This document shows positions 53,010-61,247 of a DNA stretch of 64,000 nt, piece by piece; within the stretch, counting starts at the first letter, position 1, and each line of letters starts with the position of its first letter. The DNA is from Vicinamibacteria bacterium (lineage in GTDB: Bacteria > Acidobacteriota > Vicinamibacteria > Vicinamibacterales > JAENWD01): NCBI GenBank assembly GCA_963837165.1, contig CAWIMD010000002.1:903029-967028 (forward strand). Reading direction: 5' to 3'. The position numbers were made by a program, and so were the translations under genes. A model generated the notes under the pieces. It was not told where the DNA came from, did not search any database, and saw only the letters and a program-made list of their open reading frames with translations.

Positions 53010-53962
53010 CAGGACGGAATCTCCTGCCCGGCAAGCACCTGCTCGACGCGAGCGGCTACGTCGGCCGATTCGCCCGGCCCGTCGAACCACCTAAGATTAG
53101 GCTCTTTGCGGAACCAGATCAACTGGCGTCGCGCATAGCGACGGTTCTCCTGGACGATGAGTGCCCGGGTCGCGGAGACGTCCCGGACACCCTGCAGGAG
53201 CTCGAGCACCTGGCGGTACACGAGGCCGCCGAACGGGTGGGCAGTCGCCGGCACGCCCCGCGCAAGCAGCCCCTGGACCTCGCCCACGATCCCACGCTCG
53301 AACTGGCGGTCCACCCGCCGCGCCACGCGTTCGGAGGTGGCCTCGGCAGGCAGACGGAGCCCAATCGGCACGACCCGGCAGAACGCCAGCGGCGAGGTCG
53401 TCTCGGCGAAGTGTGCGGTGAGGGCACGCCCGGTCAGGTAGAACACCTCGAGCGCGCGCACCAGGCGCACGCGGTCGCGCGGCTGGATGCGGCGGGCCGA
53501 CTCGGGATCGACCCGCCGCACCATGCGCCAGAGCCAGTCGACGCCGCGCCGCTGCGCGATGCGATTCAGGCGCGCCCGGAGATCGCTGTCGCGGCCCGGC
53601 CCCGGGAACAGGCCTCGCGTCAGGGCGCGGTAGTAGAAGCCGGTGCCCCCGGCAACGACTGGCAGCCTGCCACGGTCCAGGATGCCGCGAATGACGGCGG
53701 CGGCGTCCCGCGCGTACCGCGCCGCCGTGTAGGGCTCGGTCGGATCGACGATGTCGACGAGGTGGTGCGGGATGCCGCGCTGCTCTTCGATCGGCACCTT
53801 ATCGGTGCCGATGTCGAAGCCGCGGTAGACGGCCGTCGAGTCGCAGCTCACGATCTCGCCGCCGAATCGCGCGGCCAGCGCCACAGCGAGCGCGCTCTTG
53901 CCGGAAGCGGTCGGTCCGAGGACCGCCAGCACGCAGGGGCGATCGATCTCCTCAACATCCAT
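53009..53962 (-). CDS. miaA: tRNA dimethylallyltransferase
   Basis: 317 aa. P-loop VLGPTASGKSALAV, SCDSTAVYRGFDIGTDK, HHLVDIVDP. Confidence 0.93.
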   Translation of the reverse strand: MDVEEIDRPCVLAVLGPTASGKSALAVALAARFGGEIVSCDSTAVYRGFDIGTDKVPIEEQRGIPHHLVDIVDPTEPYTAARYARDAAAVIRGILDRGRLPVVAGGTGFYYRALTRGLFPGPGRDSDLRARLNRIAQRRGVDWLWRMVRRVDPESARRIQPRDRVRLVRALEVFYLTGRALTAHFAETTSPLAFCRVVPIGLRLPAEATSERVARRVDRQFERGIVGEVQGLLARGVPATAHPFGGLVYRQVLELLQGVRDVSATRALIVQENRRYARRQLIWFRKEPNLRWFDGPGESADVAARVEQVLAGQEIPS

Positions 53963-54107
53963 GACCAGATCTGCCGTCAGTCGGTGACATGAACGTCCAC
54001 GTCCCCCGTCACCAGAACAGCCGGAGGCAGAGCAGAACGGCCAGTCCGGCCAGGATCACCACCAGCCCGATCTGCTGGGCCTTCGTCGGCACGACGGTCT
54101 CGTCTCT

Positions 54108-55106
54108 CTACGGGCCCTGCGGCGGCGGTTCGTTGTAGTAGAACGTGACCGTGAAGAACGCGGCTTCCGACGGGTACTCGACGGGCAGCGGCTCGGTCGG
54201 GTTCGACGACGCGAGGGCGTTGAAGGCGGCGTTGTTGAACGAGTCCACGTTCGACGGGCCGACGACCGTGAGCTCGGTGATCGCGCCCGTCTTGTGGACG
54301 TTGAAGGTGATCACCACGTGCCCCCGCAGCGACATCGCCGCGTAGGGCACGAACCAGTTCCGCTTGATCTGCGCGATGAAGCGGCGAATCCACGGACCGA
54401 ACTCGACGCCCTTCGTGTCGAACTGAATCGAGGGTCCAAACGCCCCGCTGCTGCCGCCGTTCGGGTTGTCGAACGTCGCCTGTTCGGCGTACCGCGACAG
54501 GTGCTGCAGCGCCTCGCTGAGCGGCCCGGTGGCCGGCCGGCCGGCGGGCCTGCCGCCGTTCTGCGCCGCTGGCGGACTCGTCATCGAGTCCGGCAACCGC
54601 AGCGCATTCCGGTCGCCGGCACTTGCCGACTGGGAGGGCGTGGCCTGCGGCGCCTCGGGTGCCGGCGGCTGCGGCGGGCCGGGCTGGCGCGCCTGCCGGG
54701 GCGGGGTCGGCGGCGGGGACTTCTCGACGAACTCCGGCGTGTTTCCCCGGTTGAACGGCTGCATGTTCGTCGGCTTCGGAGCGCGTTCCCGCGTGATCGC
54801 CGAGCGGTCGCGGTCCGCCAGCGGGGCCTTCGGCGCCGGGGGCGTGTTCGGCGTCAGATCGACGCGCGGTTGCACGAACACGAACCGCGGATGCTGTCGA
54901 TTCTCCAGCATCGCCAGCCGCTGCGACTCGGCCGCCGCCCGCGCGGCGGCTGCGCGGGCCTTGAAGAACGGCAGGCGGGGCAGCAGCAGGAGCAGGATGA
55001 TCACGAGGAGATGGACGATGATGGTCGCCATCACCTCCTCGCGGGCATTCAGGGCGCTCGGGACGCGCTCGAGATCCGGGTGACCGTCCTCGAAATCGAA
55101 GTACAT
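54108..55106 (-). CDS. TonB-family energy transducer
   Basis: 332 aa. N-terminal TM (IIVHLLVIILLLLLP), Pro-rich spacer (PPPTPPRQARQPGPPQPPAPEAP), C-terminal TonB_C-like fold (WFVPYAAMSLRGHVVITFNVHKTGAITELTVV). No exbBD adjacent. Confidence 0.8.
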   Translation of the reverse strand: MYFDFEDGHPDLERVPSALNAREEVMATIIVHLLVIILLLLLPRLPFFKARAAAARAAAESQRLAMLENRQHPRFVFVQPRVDLTPNTPPAPKAPLADRDRSAITRERAPKPTNMQPFNRGNTPEFVEKSPPPTPPRQARQPGPPQPPAPEAPQATPSQSASAGDRNALRLPDSMTSPPAAQNGGRPAGRPATGPLSEALQHLSRYAEQATFDNPNGGSSGAFGPSIQFDTKGVEFGPWIRRFIAQIKRNWFVPYAAMSLRGHVVITFNVHKTGAITELTVVGPSNVDSFNNAAFNALASSNPTEPLPVEYPSEAAFFTVTFYYNEPPPQGP

Positions 55107-55157
55107 CAGTAACTTAACAAGTATATCACCCGGCTCGTCCGAGCCCGGCGCGTGGCC

Positions 55158-55943
55158 TCATCGCCGGGCCACGTAGAGATAGACGATGCCGAAGGTGAGG
55201 GGGACGATTTCGACGTGCGGGAAGCCGGAGTCCTGGAGCAACCGGCCAAACGCCTCGGGCGGCGGGAAGCGGCCCACGGATTCGGGAAGGTAGTCGTAGG
55301 CGCTGGCGTGTTTCGACACGAGGCGCCCGACGGCGGGCAGCAGGCGGCTGGCGTACCAGAGGTAGACGGCGCGCAGCAACGGAGACCCCGGAACGCCAAA
55401 CTCGAGTACGGCCAGACGCCCTCCCGTGCGCACCACACGTGCCAGCTCTTGGCAGGCGGCCTCGGGCTCCTGGACGTTGCGGATCCCGAAGGCGATGGCC
55501 GCCCGGTCGACTGAGGCGTCGCCAAGCGGGATCCTCGTCGCATCGCCGCGGACCAGCGCCACGCGGGCGTCCAGGCCCCGCCGGCGTATCTTCGCCAGGC
55601 CGAGCCGCAGCATCTGCTGCGAGAAATCGACGCCAATCGCGCGTGCCGCCCCTTCGCGCCTGGCCACCGCCGCCAGCGCCACATCGGCCGTCCCGGTGCA
55701 GAGGTCGAGCAGGGTCTCGCGGCCGGTGAGGGCAAGGGCAGCGACCGCGCGCGCGCGCCAGCGCTGGTCGAGGCCGGCGCTCAAGACCCGGTTCAGCAGG
55801 TCGTACCGCCGGGCGATGGCATCGAACATCCCGGCAATGCGGTCGGGCTGCTTGCGTCGCAGCCCGTCGTCAACGGCGGACCGCTCGGCCGGCGGATGGG
55901 TGTCGGGGATCACGGCTGTTGTTGAGACGTAAGAAACGAACAA
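55158..55943 (-). CDS. ubiE: demethylmenaquinone / ubiquinone C-methyltransferase
   Basis: 261 aa. MFDAIARRYDLLNRVLSAGLDQRWR, SAM motif LLDLCTGTADVA. In the menaquinone cluster. Exact start uncertain. Confidence 0.88.
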   Translation of the reverse strand: MFVSYVSTTAVIPDTHPPAERSAVDDGLRRKQPDRIAGMFDAIARRYDLLNRVLSAGLDQRWRARAVAALALTGRETLLDLCTGTADVALAAVARREGAARAIGVDFSQQMLRLGLAKIRRRGLDARVALVRGDATRIPLGDASVDRAAIAFGIRNVQEPEAACQELARVVRTGGRLAVLEFGVPGSPLLRAVYLWYASRLLPAVGRLVSKHASAYDYLPESVGRFPPPEAFGRLLQDSGFPHVEIVPLTFGIVYLYVARR

Positions 55944-55961
55944 ACGGACGCGCCCGGCCCC

Positions 55962-56828
55962 TTACGGAATGTAAACGGCTGCCGCCGTGGCGATCAGGTA
56001 CAGGATCCCGACGTAGCCGTTCAGGTCGAAGGCGCGCTTGACCTGCGACAGATCGTCGGCGCGCACGAGGGACTGCTCGTACACGAGGAGCGCTGCCACC
56101 ACCGCCACGCCAATCGTGTAGACGGGACCGAGACCGGCCACGGCGCCGAGCGCCGCCATGACGACGACGGTGGCGACGTGCATCGCGCGCGAGACCGCGA
56201 GCGCGCCGGCCACACCGAAGCGGACGGGGATCGAGTGCAGGCCGTGCGCGCGGTCGAAATCCACGTCCTGACAGGCGTAGAGCACGTCGAAGCCGCCCAC
56301 CCACAGCCCGATCGCCAGGCCGAGCAGCCACGGCTCCCAGCCGGCCCGGCCGCCGGCGGCGACCCAGCCGCCGACCGGCGCAACCGCCATGGCGAGGCCG
56401 AGAAACGCCTGGGTATAGCTGGTGTAGCGCTTGGCGAGCGAGTACCAGAACACGATGGCCAGCGCCACTGGCGCCAGGGCCAGGCACAACGGGGAGAGCT
56501 GGAACGCCGCGGCGAGAAACACCACGGAGGCGGCCGCCACGAACGCGGCGGCGGCCGGACGGGAGATCAGCCCGCGGGGAATCTCCCGCATGGCGGTCCG
56601 CGGGTTCTTCGCGTCGTAGTCGGCGTCCGCCAGCCGGTTGAATCCCATGGCGGCACTGCGCGCCGCCACCATGGCCACGACGATCCAGCCGACCTGGCGC
56701 CACGAGACCGGGGCGTGCCGCGCCGCGAGCAGCGCGCCGGTCAGCGCGAACGGCAGCGCGAAGGCCGAGTGGCTGAACCGGATGAACGACAGGTACGAGC
56801 GCACGCTCGCCGCGAGTGTCCTAGGCAT
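55962..56828 (-). CDS. UbiA-family aromatic prenyltransferase (probably the futalosine-pathway MqnP-type)
   Basis: 288 aa from ATG 56828 (MPRTLAASVRSYLSFIRFSHSAFALPFALTGALLAA), 8-nt overlap with the upstream stop. Asp-rich NRLADADYD and polytopic profile. Family call is firm; the substrate is inferred from context. Confidence 0.78.
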   Translation of the reverse strand: MPRTLAASVRSYLSFIRFSHSAFALPFALTGALLAARHAPVSWRQVGWIVVAMVAARSAAMGFNRLADADYDAKNPRTAMREIPRGLISRPAAAAFVAAASVVFLAAAFQLSPLCLALAPVALAIVFWYSLAKRYTSYTQAFLGLAMAVAPVGGWVAAGGRAGWEPWLLGLAIGLWVGGFDVLYACQDVDFDRAHGLHSIPVRFGVAGALAVSRAMHVATVVVMAALGAVAGLGPVYTIGVAVVAALLVYEQSLVRADDLSQVKRAFDLNGYVGILYLIATAAAVYIP

Positions 56829-58068
56829 ACCGGACGCGATCCCCCAGCAGGTCGTCGACCCAGTGGACGCGGTCGGGCGGCACGCCGCCGACCAGATATT
56901 CTTCCACATCGACGAGGTCGGCGGGGAGATCGACGGCAATGAGCGACCGCGACCGTCCGGGCTCGATGGTCCCGGCGTCGGCCTCGAACCCGAGCGCGCG
57001 CGCCCCCTCGCGGGTCGCGCTGTCGAGCAGGCGCGAGGCGGGCACCGACGGAGCCAGGCGCCGCATGGCGGCCAATTCCTCGAACAGGTTGAGGTCGGGC
57101 ACGCTGGCGAGGCTGTCGGTCCCCACCGCGATTCGCACGCCGGAGCGATAGAAGCGGTCGAGGGGCGGATCGCCCACGCCGACGTGCGCGTTGGATCGCG
57201 GGCAGGTCACCAGCGTCGCACCCGATGCGGCAACCCGTGCCAGCCCGGCCTCGTCCAGGTAGGTGCCGTGCACGACCAGCAGCCTGGGTCCGAGCACTCC
57301 CATCCGCTCCAGGTATTCAGCCGGCCCGCATCGTGGCGGCTGCCACGACGGATCCCACGCGCCGAGCTCCTCCAGGAGCTGGCGCCATGGCCCGGTGCCC
57401 CGCATGAGCAGCTCGACCTCCTCGGGAGACTCGGCCAGGTGCACGGTGGACGGCAGAAACGGCATCCGGCTGAGCGCGGACCGGATGCCCTGGAACAGCT
57501 GTGGCGACACGGAATACGGCGCGTGCGGCGCGAGGCTGATCGCCACGCGTGTCGAGGCGCCGGCGCGCGCCACCGCATCCACGCCCTGCTCCAGCACCTC
57601 GTCGGCATCGGAGGCCCGCAGGCGCAGCAGCTCGTGAAAGACGACGCCGCCGAGGGCGCTTCGCCGCAGTGGAGCCACGCTCGCGAGCGTGTTGCCGACG
57701 TCGCCCACCAGCGCGGTGCCGGTTGCCCAATGCGCGTCGATGGCCCGCTCGATCGCCGCCTCGACGGCCTCGGCATCCGGCCGCTCGGCCCGACGGCGCG
57801 CCAGCATGTCGCGCACCCACGCGGTAAAGGAGGCGGCGGGCCCGACCCGCCCGGCCAGCCACGCCAGCTCCAGATGGGTGTGGGCGTTGACGAGACCCGG
57901 CAGCACGACCATCGGGCCGAGATCGACGAGCGGCGCCTGGTCACGAAATGGCAGGCTGGCTCCCGCGCGGCCCACCGCGGCCACGCGGCCACGTTCGAGC
58001 GCCACCCAGCCGTTGAGCAGGGGCCGATCGGCGATGGGCAGCACCCAGCGGGCACGCAGGATCAGCAT
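56821..58068 (-). CDS. amidohydrolase-superfamily deaminase (candidate aminodeoxyfutalosine deaminase)
   Basis: 415 aa. VLPGLVNAHTHLE metal-binding motif, HLAES, VGTDS. The specific function is inferred only from its position in the mqn cluster. Confidence 0.72.
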   Translation of the reverse strand: MLILRARWVLPIADRPLLNGWVALERGRVAAVGRAGASLPFRDQAPLVDLGPMVVLPGLVNAHTHLELAWLAGRVGPAASFTAWVRDMLARRRAERPDAEAVEAAIERAIDAHWATGTALVGDVGNTLASVAPLRRSALGGVVFHELLRLRASDADEVLEQGVDAVARAGASTRVAISLAPHAPYSVSPQLFQGIRSALSRMPFLPSTVHLAESPEEVELLMRGTGPWRQLLEELGAWDPSWQPPRCGPAEYLERMGVLGPRLLVVHGTYLDEAGLARVAASGATLVTCPRSNAHVGVGDPPLDRFYRSGVRIAVGTDSLASVPDLNLFEELAAMRRLAPSVPASRLLDSATREGARALGFEADAGTIEPGRSRSLIAVDLPADLVDVEEYLVGGVPPDRVHWVDDLLGDRVRYA

Positions 58069-58072
58069 TCAG

Positions 58073-58253
58073 GCATTGATCATTGACGATTGAGCATCAT
58101 TGACGATTGAACATCATTGACGATTGCCATACTCCGCGACCTCGCCCGGTGCCCCAATCCTCAATGCCCTCGAATCGTCAATCGTCAATCGTCAATCGTC
58201 AATCGTCAATCGTCAATCGTCAATCGTCAATCGTCAATCATCAATCATCAATG
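58073..58253. repeat. composite hairpin element: 3 x CATCATTGACGATTGA-type units / 46-nt core / 9 perfect + 2 variant AATCGTC heptamers
   Basis: Left arm 58073-58126. Core 58127-58172. Heptamers aatcgtc at 58173, 58180 ... 58229 (9 copies), then aatcatc x2 (58236, 58243). The arms are mutually complementary (12-bp perfect blocks). Low GC against a high-GC background. Confidence 0.92.
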
Positions 58254-59470
58254 CTTCGAGCCTGCTTGCCGGCGCGCGTGCGGGCGGCGTAGTTCACGAG
58301 CTCGGCGGGCGTGGACGTGTCGCCGTCGGCCCGGGCCACGGCCAGATGCAGCATCCTCGGCACTTCCCGCTCGCGGAAGACGGGGTCCCCGAGCACCTCG
58401 TAGTGCATGTTGCGGCGCTTGGGGACGAAGCCCGCGTCCTCGATGTTCCGCACGATCTCGACCTCGTCCATGCAGTAGGCCGCGCCGGCCGCGCGGACGA
58501 CGTTCTCCTCGATCATGACCGAGCCCATGTCGTTGGCGCCGAAGGCGAGGCTCAGCTGCCCGACCTTGCCGCCCTGGGTCACCCAGGACGCCTGCAGGTT
58601 GTCGAAGTTGTCGAGGACCAGCCGGGCGATGGCGAGCGTGCGCAGGTATTCGACGCCGGTTGCTTCGACGGTGACGCCGTGCGCGGACCCGAGCTCGGTG
58701 TGCTCGGGCTGGAAGCTCCACGCGATGAACGCCGTGAACCCGCCGGTCTCGTCCTGGAGCTCCCGCAGGCGGAACATGTGCTCGAGGCGCTCCTCCATCG
58801 TCTCGACAGTCCCGTACATCATCGTCGCGGTGGTGCGGAGGCCGGCCCGGTGCGCGTGACGCATGACACCGAGCCACTCGTCGGCGGTGGCCTTGCCGTA
58901 GCAATGCAGCTGCCTGCGGACCCGATCGACGAGAATCTCGGCGCCGCCGCCGGGGATCGAGTCGAGCCCGGCGGCGATCAGGCGATCGATGATTGCAGGC
59001 ACCGGCAGCTGCGACAGCCGCGAGAGATGGATGACCTCCGGCGGCGACAGCGCGTGGAGGCGGAAGGTGGGATAGCGGCCCTTGACGGCGCGGAACAGAT
59101 CCTCGTACCAGGGTAGCGGCAGATCCGGATTGTGCCCGCCCTGCAGCAGGAGCTGATTGCCTCCCACCGCGATCGTCTCGTCGATCTTGCGGAAGATCTC
59201 CTCGAAGCCGAGGACGTAGCCCTCGGCCGATCCAACCGGCCGGTAGAACGCGCAGAAGTTGCAGCGCGCCACGCACACGTTCGTGTAGTTGACGTTGCGA
59301 TCGATGATGTAGGTCACCACCCGTTCGGGGTGCTTGTGCGCGCGGACCGCATCGGCGAGCCGGCCGAGCTCGTGCGTCGGCGTAGACAGGTACAGCGCCA
59401 GCGCCTCGTCCCGGTTCAGACGCTCGCCGGCGCGGGCCCTGGCAAGGGCGGCTTCGCTCATCGCGTCCAG
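58241..59470 (-). CDS. radical SAM menaquinone-biosynthesis enzyme of the MqnC/MqnE family
   Basis: 409 aa from ATG 59470 (MSEAALARARAGERLNRDEALALY). NYTNVCVARCNFCAFY (CxxxCxxC). C-terminal WVTQGGKVGQLSLAFGANDMGS. I cannot separate MqnC from MqnE by eye. The stop codon lies in the heptamer array. Confidence 0.85.
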   Translation of the reverse strand: MDAMSEAALARARAGERLNRDEALALYLSTPTHELGRLADAVRAHKHPERVVTYIIDRNVNYTNVCVARCNFCAFYRPVGSAEGYVLGFEEIFRKIDETIAVGGNQLLLQGGHNPDLPLPWYEDLFRAVKGRYPTFRLHALSPPEVIHLSRLSQLPVPAIIDRLIAAGLDSIPGGGAEILVDRVRRQLHCYGKATADEWLGVMRHAHRAGLRTTATMMYGTVETMEERLEHMFRLRELQDETGGFTAFIAWSFQPEHTELGSAHGVTVEATGVEYLRTLAIARLVLDNFDNLQASWVTQGGKVGQLSLAFGANDMGSVMIEENVVRAAGAAYCMDEVEIVRNIEDAGFVPKRRNMHYEVLGDPVFREREVPRMLHLAVARADGDTSTPAELVNYAARTRAGKQARSIDD

Positions 59471-59490
59471 TCTATACCGGGTGTCCGGGC

Positions 59491-59546
59491 GGGAGGAGGA
59501 TGGGAGGATGGGAGGATGGGAGGATGGGTTGATGGGTTGATGGGTT
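59491..59546. repeat. seven tandem octamers: gggaggag, gatgggag x3, gatgggtt x3
   Basis: Period exactly 8 (59499, 59507, 59515, 59523, 59531, 59539). Lies between the mqnA stop (59554) and the radical-SAM start (59470). Confidence 0.9.
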
Positions 59547-59553
59547 CGTCCGT

Positions 59554-60345
59554 CTAGTACCAGCGCAAGGGCTGGCTTGCGGGCACGACACCGACTTCGG
59601 CCGCCAGCGCGAAGAACCGCTCCAGGCCCGCCTGTTCGCGCTCCCCCATCCTGAAGCGGATGTTCTCCCGCAGGTAACGCCCGCCGATCCCGGCGCGCAC
59701 GGCGTCGTCTGGAAAGAGCCGCCGCGCGACGGCCTCCGCGGCGGCCGCGCCGGTGCGACGTGCCTGCTGCAGCGCCGCGACGTCGGCGGCGGTCACGGCA
59801 CCCGCGCGGCCGGTCCAGCACGCGTAAACGAACGGCAGGCCGGTGAACGCCTTCCACTCCGATCCCAGATCGATCTTCTGCAGCCCCAGACGATCGTGAT
59901 CGGCGAACAGTGCCGGATCGCCGATGAGCAGCGCCGCGTCGGCGCGCGTCACCATGGCCGGCAGGTCGGGCCGGTGATCGACGAACACCGGCGCGATGCC
60001 GAAGTGCCGAGCCGCCATGACGCGCGTCAGGGCGACCGACGTCCGCGAGCTGGTATCGAGAGCGATCGAGCGGACGCGCTCGATGGGTACCGTCGTGAAG
60101 ATGGCGACGGAGGCCACCGGCCCGTCGGAGGCGACGGCACAGTCGGGCACCATTCGATAGCCGTCGCCGCGCAGGTATTCGATGGACGGAATCAGACCGA
60201 GGTCCACGTCGCGGCCGTGGAGCAGACGGGCGCAGGTGCTGGGCAGGTCGTACCGCACCTGGAAACGATGGGGCTGCTGTTCGAGCCCGTCCACCAGGGG
60301 ACGGGCGTTCAGGTACGAGACGGCGCCGATACGGACAGGCGCCAC
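59554..60345 (-). CDS. mqnA: chorismate dehydratase MqnA (futalosine pathway)
   Basis: 263 aa. RIGAVSYLNARPLVDGL..., PSTCARLLHGRDVDLGLIPSIEY (periplasmic-binding-protein-like VitK2_biosynth family). Confidence 0.85.
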   Translation of the reverse strand: MAPVRIGAVSYLNARPLVDGLEQQPHRFQVRYDLPSTCARLLHGRDVDLGLIPSIEYLRGDGYRMVPDCAVASDGPVASVAIFTTVPIERVRSIALDTSSRTSVALTRVMAARHFGIAPVFVDHRPDLPAMVTRADAALLIGDPALFADHDRLGLQKIDLGSEWKAFTGLPFVYACWTGRAGAVTAADVAALQQARRTGAAAAEAVARRLFPDDAVRAGIGGRYLRENIRFRMGEREQAGLERFFALAAEVGVVPASQPLRWY

Positions 60346-60348
60346 CGT

Positions 60349-61242
60349 TCAGCCCCGGACGGTGAAGCGCGCGTCGCGCTCGTGCGGCTCGCCCGATGCG
60401 GCCCGGATGTTGCGCCGGATCTCCTCCAGCGGAGCACGCCGGCGCCCTTCACCGGTCTCCTCCAGCGGCGACACGCCGTCCACATCGTCGGCCCCGAAGG
60501 TCAGTCCGACCTGCGCCAGCTTCGGACCGTAGAGCGGCCAGTCGACCTGGACGTGATCGATGGGGACGAGCAGCCGCGCGAGCGCCACCAGGCGGACGTC
60601 CTCGAAGCCGGTCGTAGGGGCCGGGCCCTCGAGGCTGCGCGGGAGCGGCGCAAAGGCGAGCAGTGCCGGCTGGTCGCGCGCGACGACGGCGGCCTGGTCG
60701 ATGAGTGCGCGTCGTCGGTCGGCGGGCGCGCGATCCACGGTCAGTCGCAGGACGGGCAGCCCACCCCGCGCGGCGGCGGCCATGGACGCCGCCGGGGCCT
60801 GGAGTCGATCGAGCGGCGCCTCGGCCAGCAGGCCGAGTCCGGCGTCCCGCAGGAGGCGGGCCCGTGCGCGCACCTCGTCGTCGGAGGCCCCGTCGGCGAG
60901 ATCCGCGAGCGAGAAGCCCGAGAGCGGGACGCGTCCGTCGAGCCGCGCGGCGATGCGGCGCACGAACGCGGCGGCGGCCGGCCAGTCGGCGGGCCTGCCC
61001 GTGATGCGGACTTCGCCGGCGCCGGTCCACGCCGCGTCGTCAATCGCCTCGACCCCGAGCCGCACCTCGGCGACGCGCACGAACGTCATCCGGCTGCCGT
61101 GGCGATGCCGGCGTACCGCATCGGCCGCCATGCCGAGGCTCAGCAGGTCGGAAGCGCCGTGCAGCGCGGCCCGGTCGGCGTCCGACAGCGGCTGCCCCGC
61201 CGCGGCCCCGGCGAGCACGTCGTTGAGATCGGTGTCTGTCAT
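60349..61242 (-). CDS. MqnC/MqnE-like paralogue lacking the radical-SAM cysteine motif (no Cys in the whole protein)
   Basis: 297 aa from ATG 61242. Aligns by eye to the neighbouring radical-SAM protein at the N-terminus (LSDADRAALHGASDLLSLGMAADAVRRHRHG vs LNRDEALALYLSTPTHELGRLADAVRAHKHP) and the C-terminus (VQVDWPLYGPKLAQVGLTFGADDVDG vs LQASWVTQGGKVGQLSLAFGANDMGS). VRVAEVRLGVEAID replaces NYTNVCVARCNFCAF. Confidence 0.65.
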   Translation of the reverse strand: MTDTDLNDVLAGAAAGQPLSDADRAALHGASDLLSLGMAADAVRRHRHGSRMTFVRVAEVRLGVEAIDDAAWTGAGEVRITGRPADWPAAAAFVRRIAARLDGRVPLSGFSLADLADGASDDEVRARARLLRDAGLGLLAEAPLDRLQAPAASMAAAARGGLPVLRLTVDRAPADRRRALIDQAAVVARDQPALLAFAPLPRSLEGPAPTTGFEDVRLVALARLLVPIDHVQVDWPLYGPKLAQVGLTFGADDVDGVSPLEETGEGRRRAPLEEIRRNIRAASGEPHERDARFTVRG

Positions 61243-61247
61243 GACGA

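Noticed and set aside
55127-55150. Hairpin after ubiE as a rho-independent terminator.
   Set aside because: The stem is only about 6 bp with a mismatch and a 2-nt minimal loop, and there is no U-tract. That is not strong enough to report as a feature.
58173-58249. CRISPR array hypothesis for the heptamer arrays and for the 29-bp repeat at 40764-40870.
   Set aside because: The repeats are directly tandem with no spacers. The units are 7-8 bp, or 29 bp inside a CDS. No cas genes are in the window.
58107-58518. ORFs encoding (NRQSSIV)n across the heptamer array: 58107..58292, 58117..58518, 58124..59116.
   Set aside because: These are translations of the stop-free antisense strand of a non-coding tandem repeat. 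They continue as antisense noise of the radical-SAM gene.
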